Assembly (NCBI GenBank): GCA_016124675.1
Contig: WGNG01000010.1
Span: 12,634-76,633, forward strand
Origin: Alphaproteobacteria bacterium
GTDB taxonomy: Bacteria; Pseudomonadota; Alphaproteobacteria; Caulobacterales; Maricaulaceae
DNA length: 64,000 bases
Direction of reading: 5' to 3'
The notes below the pieces were generated by a model, which saw only the letters and a list, made by a program, of their open reading frames with translations, was not told the origin of the DNA and ran no database searches. Position 1 is the stretch's first letter, and the number at the start of each line of letters is the position of its first letter. A program made the position numbers and the translations under genes. This document shows positions 62,149-64,000 of the stretch, one piece after another.

Positions 62149-63821
62149 GACGCCTCCACAGGTCCGGCCTCAAGGCCCAGCGACAACCGGCGCCTGATCA
62201 GCTCGGCGAGGGCCGGGTCGGGGTCAAGCTCCAGCGCCCGGCGCCAGTGGAAGCCGGCTTCCAGCGCCCTTCCCGTGGCCGCATAGACATCGCCCAGATG
62301 CCAGGTGATGACGGGATTGCCCGGCTCTCGCTCGATCGCGCGCTCCAGCCAGTCAATGGCTTCTTCCGGATAGCCGGCGCGGTAGAACCCCCATCCCACC
62401 GAGTCGAGGAAAGCGGCATTATCCGGCTCCATGGCGGCGGCGCGCTGGACCATGTCGAGGCCGCGCTCCACCTCGCCGCCTTCCACGATGAGCGAATAGC
62501 CCACATCATTGAGCACGGCAGGCTGATCGGGCGCCAGCTCCAGCGCGCGCAGCATCAGCGGCGCCGCCTCGGCCCAGCCCGCGCGCGACAGCTTGCAGCT
62601 GCCGGCGAAATAGGCCAGGCGCCAGTCAGGCTGTTCGCCTGCAGCCTGCGCCTGGTCCATCAGCGTCTGATAGAGCGCCTCGGCGGCCTCGCAATCGCCG
62701 GACGCCTGCAGAAGATTGGCCAGCAACATGCGCAGGGCCGGCGACGCCGTGGAGACGCCCAGCGTGCGCGCGCGCGCCAGAGCGGCATCGGTCCGGCCCG
62801 CTTCAAAGTCGAGCCAGGCGGCCGAGATCGCCGCGCGCTCGGCGAAGGGGCCGCTCATGACGCCTTCATAAGCGCGCCGGGCCGCCGCGGCCAGCTCCAG
62901 CGCCTGCAGCGCATCGGCCACCGCCAGCGTGTTGCGGTCAAACTGCGGATCAAGGCGCTGCGCAAGGCGCAGATAGAGGATGGGAAACTCCACCGGCGCG
63001 CGCGACATCAACAGCACGGCGGGCGCGTGGATCGCGCGCGCGGCGCCCTGCCGGGCCGTCGGAAGGCGCGGGGCGCGGCCGCGCGCCTGAACGCGCGCCA
63101 GGGCGGCGGCGACTTCTGCATCTCCATCCGGACCCGAGCGCGCCATCTGGCGCTCGTACAAAGCCTCAGCCTCATCGCGCCGGCCGCGGCGCTCGAGAAA
63201 CGCGCCCAGCAGCACTGTGGTGTAGTCACGCATGCCCAGCGACGTATCCGCGCCGCGATAGGCGTCCTCGGCCCGGTCAAACTCGCCGGCGGCTTCCAGC
63301 ACCAGCGCCTGGTGGATCAGCAGATACCCTGAGGCGCCCATGGGCAGATCGTGCCCCGACGCCGCCCGCGCCGCCGCGCCGGCCTGTCCGCGCCGCACCA
63401 GATCCCAGTCGCCGAGCATGATGGCGATGATTTCGCCAAACGGGCCATATCCCGCGCTGTCCGCTTCGACAGCGCGCCCGTCAGCCAGATTGGCCGCCAG
63501 CGCGTAAAGCTCCGCCACGCCACCCGCCGCGTCCTCTTGCGCAGCGTCTGAGGCCAACCGGTCAGCCCGCTCGAAATCGCCCGCCATCAGGGAGGTGGAG
63601 AAGGCGCGGTCCGCTACCAGCGCCATGTCCGGCTCACGGCCAAACGCAGCGTCATAATACGCGGCCGAGGCGCCGATATCGCGCATCTGCGCCGCGTAGC
63701 GGGCCGACAGGAAGGCGCCATAGGCGGTTTGCGGCTCATCATCGGGCGGCAGAAAGCGCGGCCCCCCCGCGCAGGACGCGGCGGGCAGGGCCAGGGCCAG
63801 GATGATGATCAGTGTGCGCAT
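62145..63821 (-). CDS. tetratricopeptide-repeat lipoprotein
   Basis: ORF 62145..63935 trimmed to MRTLIIILALALPAASCAG (lipobox). Multiple TPR-like A-x-x-x-Y/F-x-x-A-L repeats. ATGA-type overlap with ispE. Confidence 0.75.
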   Translation of the reverse strand: MRTLIIILALALPAASCAGGPRFLPPDDEPQTAYGAFLSARYAAQMRDIGASAAYYDAAFGREPDMALVADRAFSTSLMAGDFERADRLASDAAQEDAAGGVAELYALAANLADGRAVEADSAGYGPFGEIIAIMLGDWDLVRRGQAGAAARAASGHDLPMGASGYLLIHQALVLEAAGEFDRAEDAYRGADTSLGMRDYTTVLLGAFLERRGRRDEAEALYERQMARSGPDGDAEVAAALARVQARGRAPRLPTARQGAARAIHAPAVLLMSRAPVEFPILYLRLAQRLDPQFDRNTLAVADALQALELAAAARRAYEGVMSGPFAERAAISAAWLDFEAGRTDAALARARTLGVSTASPALRMLLANLLQASGDCEAAEALYQTLMDQAQAAGEQPDWRLAYFAGSCKLSRAGWAEAAPLMLRALELAPDQPAVLNDVGYSLIVEGGEVERGLDMVQRAAAMEPDNAAFLDSVGWGFYRAGYPEEAIDWLERAIEREPGNPVITWHLGDVYAATGRALEAGFHWRRALELDPDPALAELIRRRLSLGLEAGPVEAS

Positions 63822-63853
63822 CGCGCCCGCGGAACGCTTGGACGCTCCACGCC

Positions 63854-64000
63854 TCACATGTTGGGGTAATTGGGTCCGCCCGCGCCTTCCGGCGTGGTCC
63901 AGTTGATATTCTGGTTGGGGTCCTTGATGTCGCATGTCTTGCAGTGCACGCAGTTCTGCGCGTTGATCACAAAGCGCTGGCCGCCGCTCTTCTCGTCGGA
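63854..64000 (-). CDS. electron-transfer flavoprotein:ubiquinone oxidoreductase, C-terminal 48 codons (5' part beyond the right window edge)
   Basis: Own reverse translation: [48 protein letters not shown], the characteristic 4Fe-4S C-terminus of ETF-QO. Confidence 0.9.
   Translation of the reverse strand, partial: SDEKSGGQRFVINAQNCVHCKTCDIKDPNQNINWTTPEGAGGPNYPNM

Overview
High-GC alphaproteobacterial chromosomal window. Gene order resembles Caulobacterales/Hyphomonadaceae-type genomes (guaA-rsmB-guaB, maf-infA-UPF0262-DUF2948-murA, prfB-mrcA-amiC next to rne, aroQ-accBC-aat, nadABC, M23 peptidase plus bactofilin), but the taxon is inference only. I support about 65 protein genes and one tRNA-Thr(GGU). 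I saw no rRNA, CRISPR array, transposase or integrase. Most long ORFs in the six-frame track are antisense or out-of-frame GC artefacts, and many true starts lie internal to the listed ORFs; I give revised coordinates. Most of the window is housekeeping. The stand-out is 10490-13369, a compact co-directional operon. It has an A/T-rich promoter-like gap, a Sec-signal 95-aa peptide with a 13-Gln (CAG/CAA) run, and a perfect 12-bp hairpin. Three genes follow: a cytoplasmic HExxH-motif protein, a periplasmic PDZ protein and an unassignable 291-aa protein. The operon lies directly downstream of a HlyD/ABC/FtsX tripartite exporter and a two-component system whose NtrC-type regulator has a degenerate AAA+ domain. 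I read this as a candidate undescribed peptide-modification/secretion module. Other notable items: a ~155-bp MITE-like nested palindromic element present twice (rsmB-guaB gap and inside nadA-nadB); an orphan CdiI-like immunity gene plus a small membrane ORF interrupting thiS-thiG; a DUF4160/DUF2442 pair wedged into the guaA-rsmB cluster; an orphan DUF2793 tail-fibre-like gene with a small partner; a degenerate NrdJ-derived TSCPD protein; a slyX 3' fragment and intact slyX flanking a DKNYY lipoprotein gene; and the classical prfB +1 frameshift. All family assignments come from motif recognition by eye, with no database search run.
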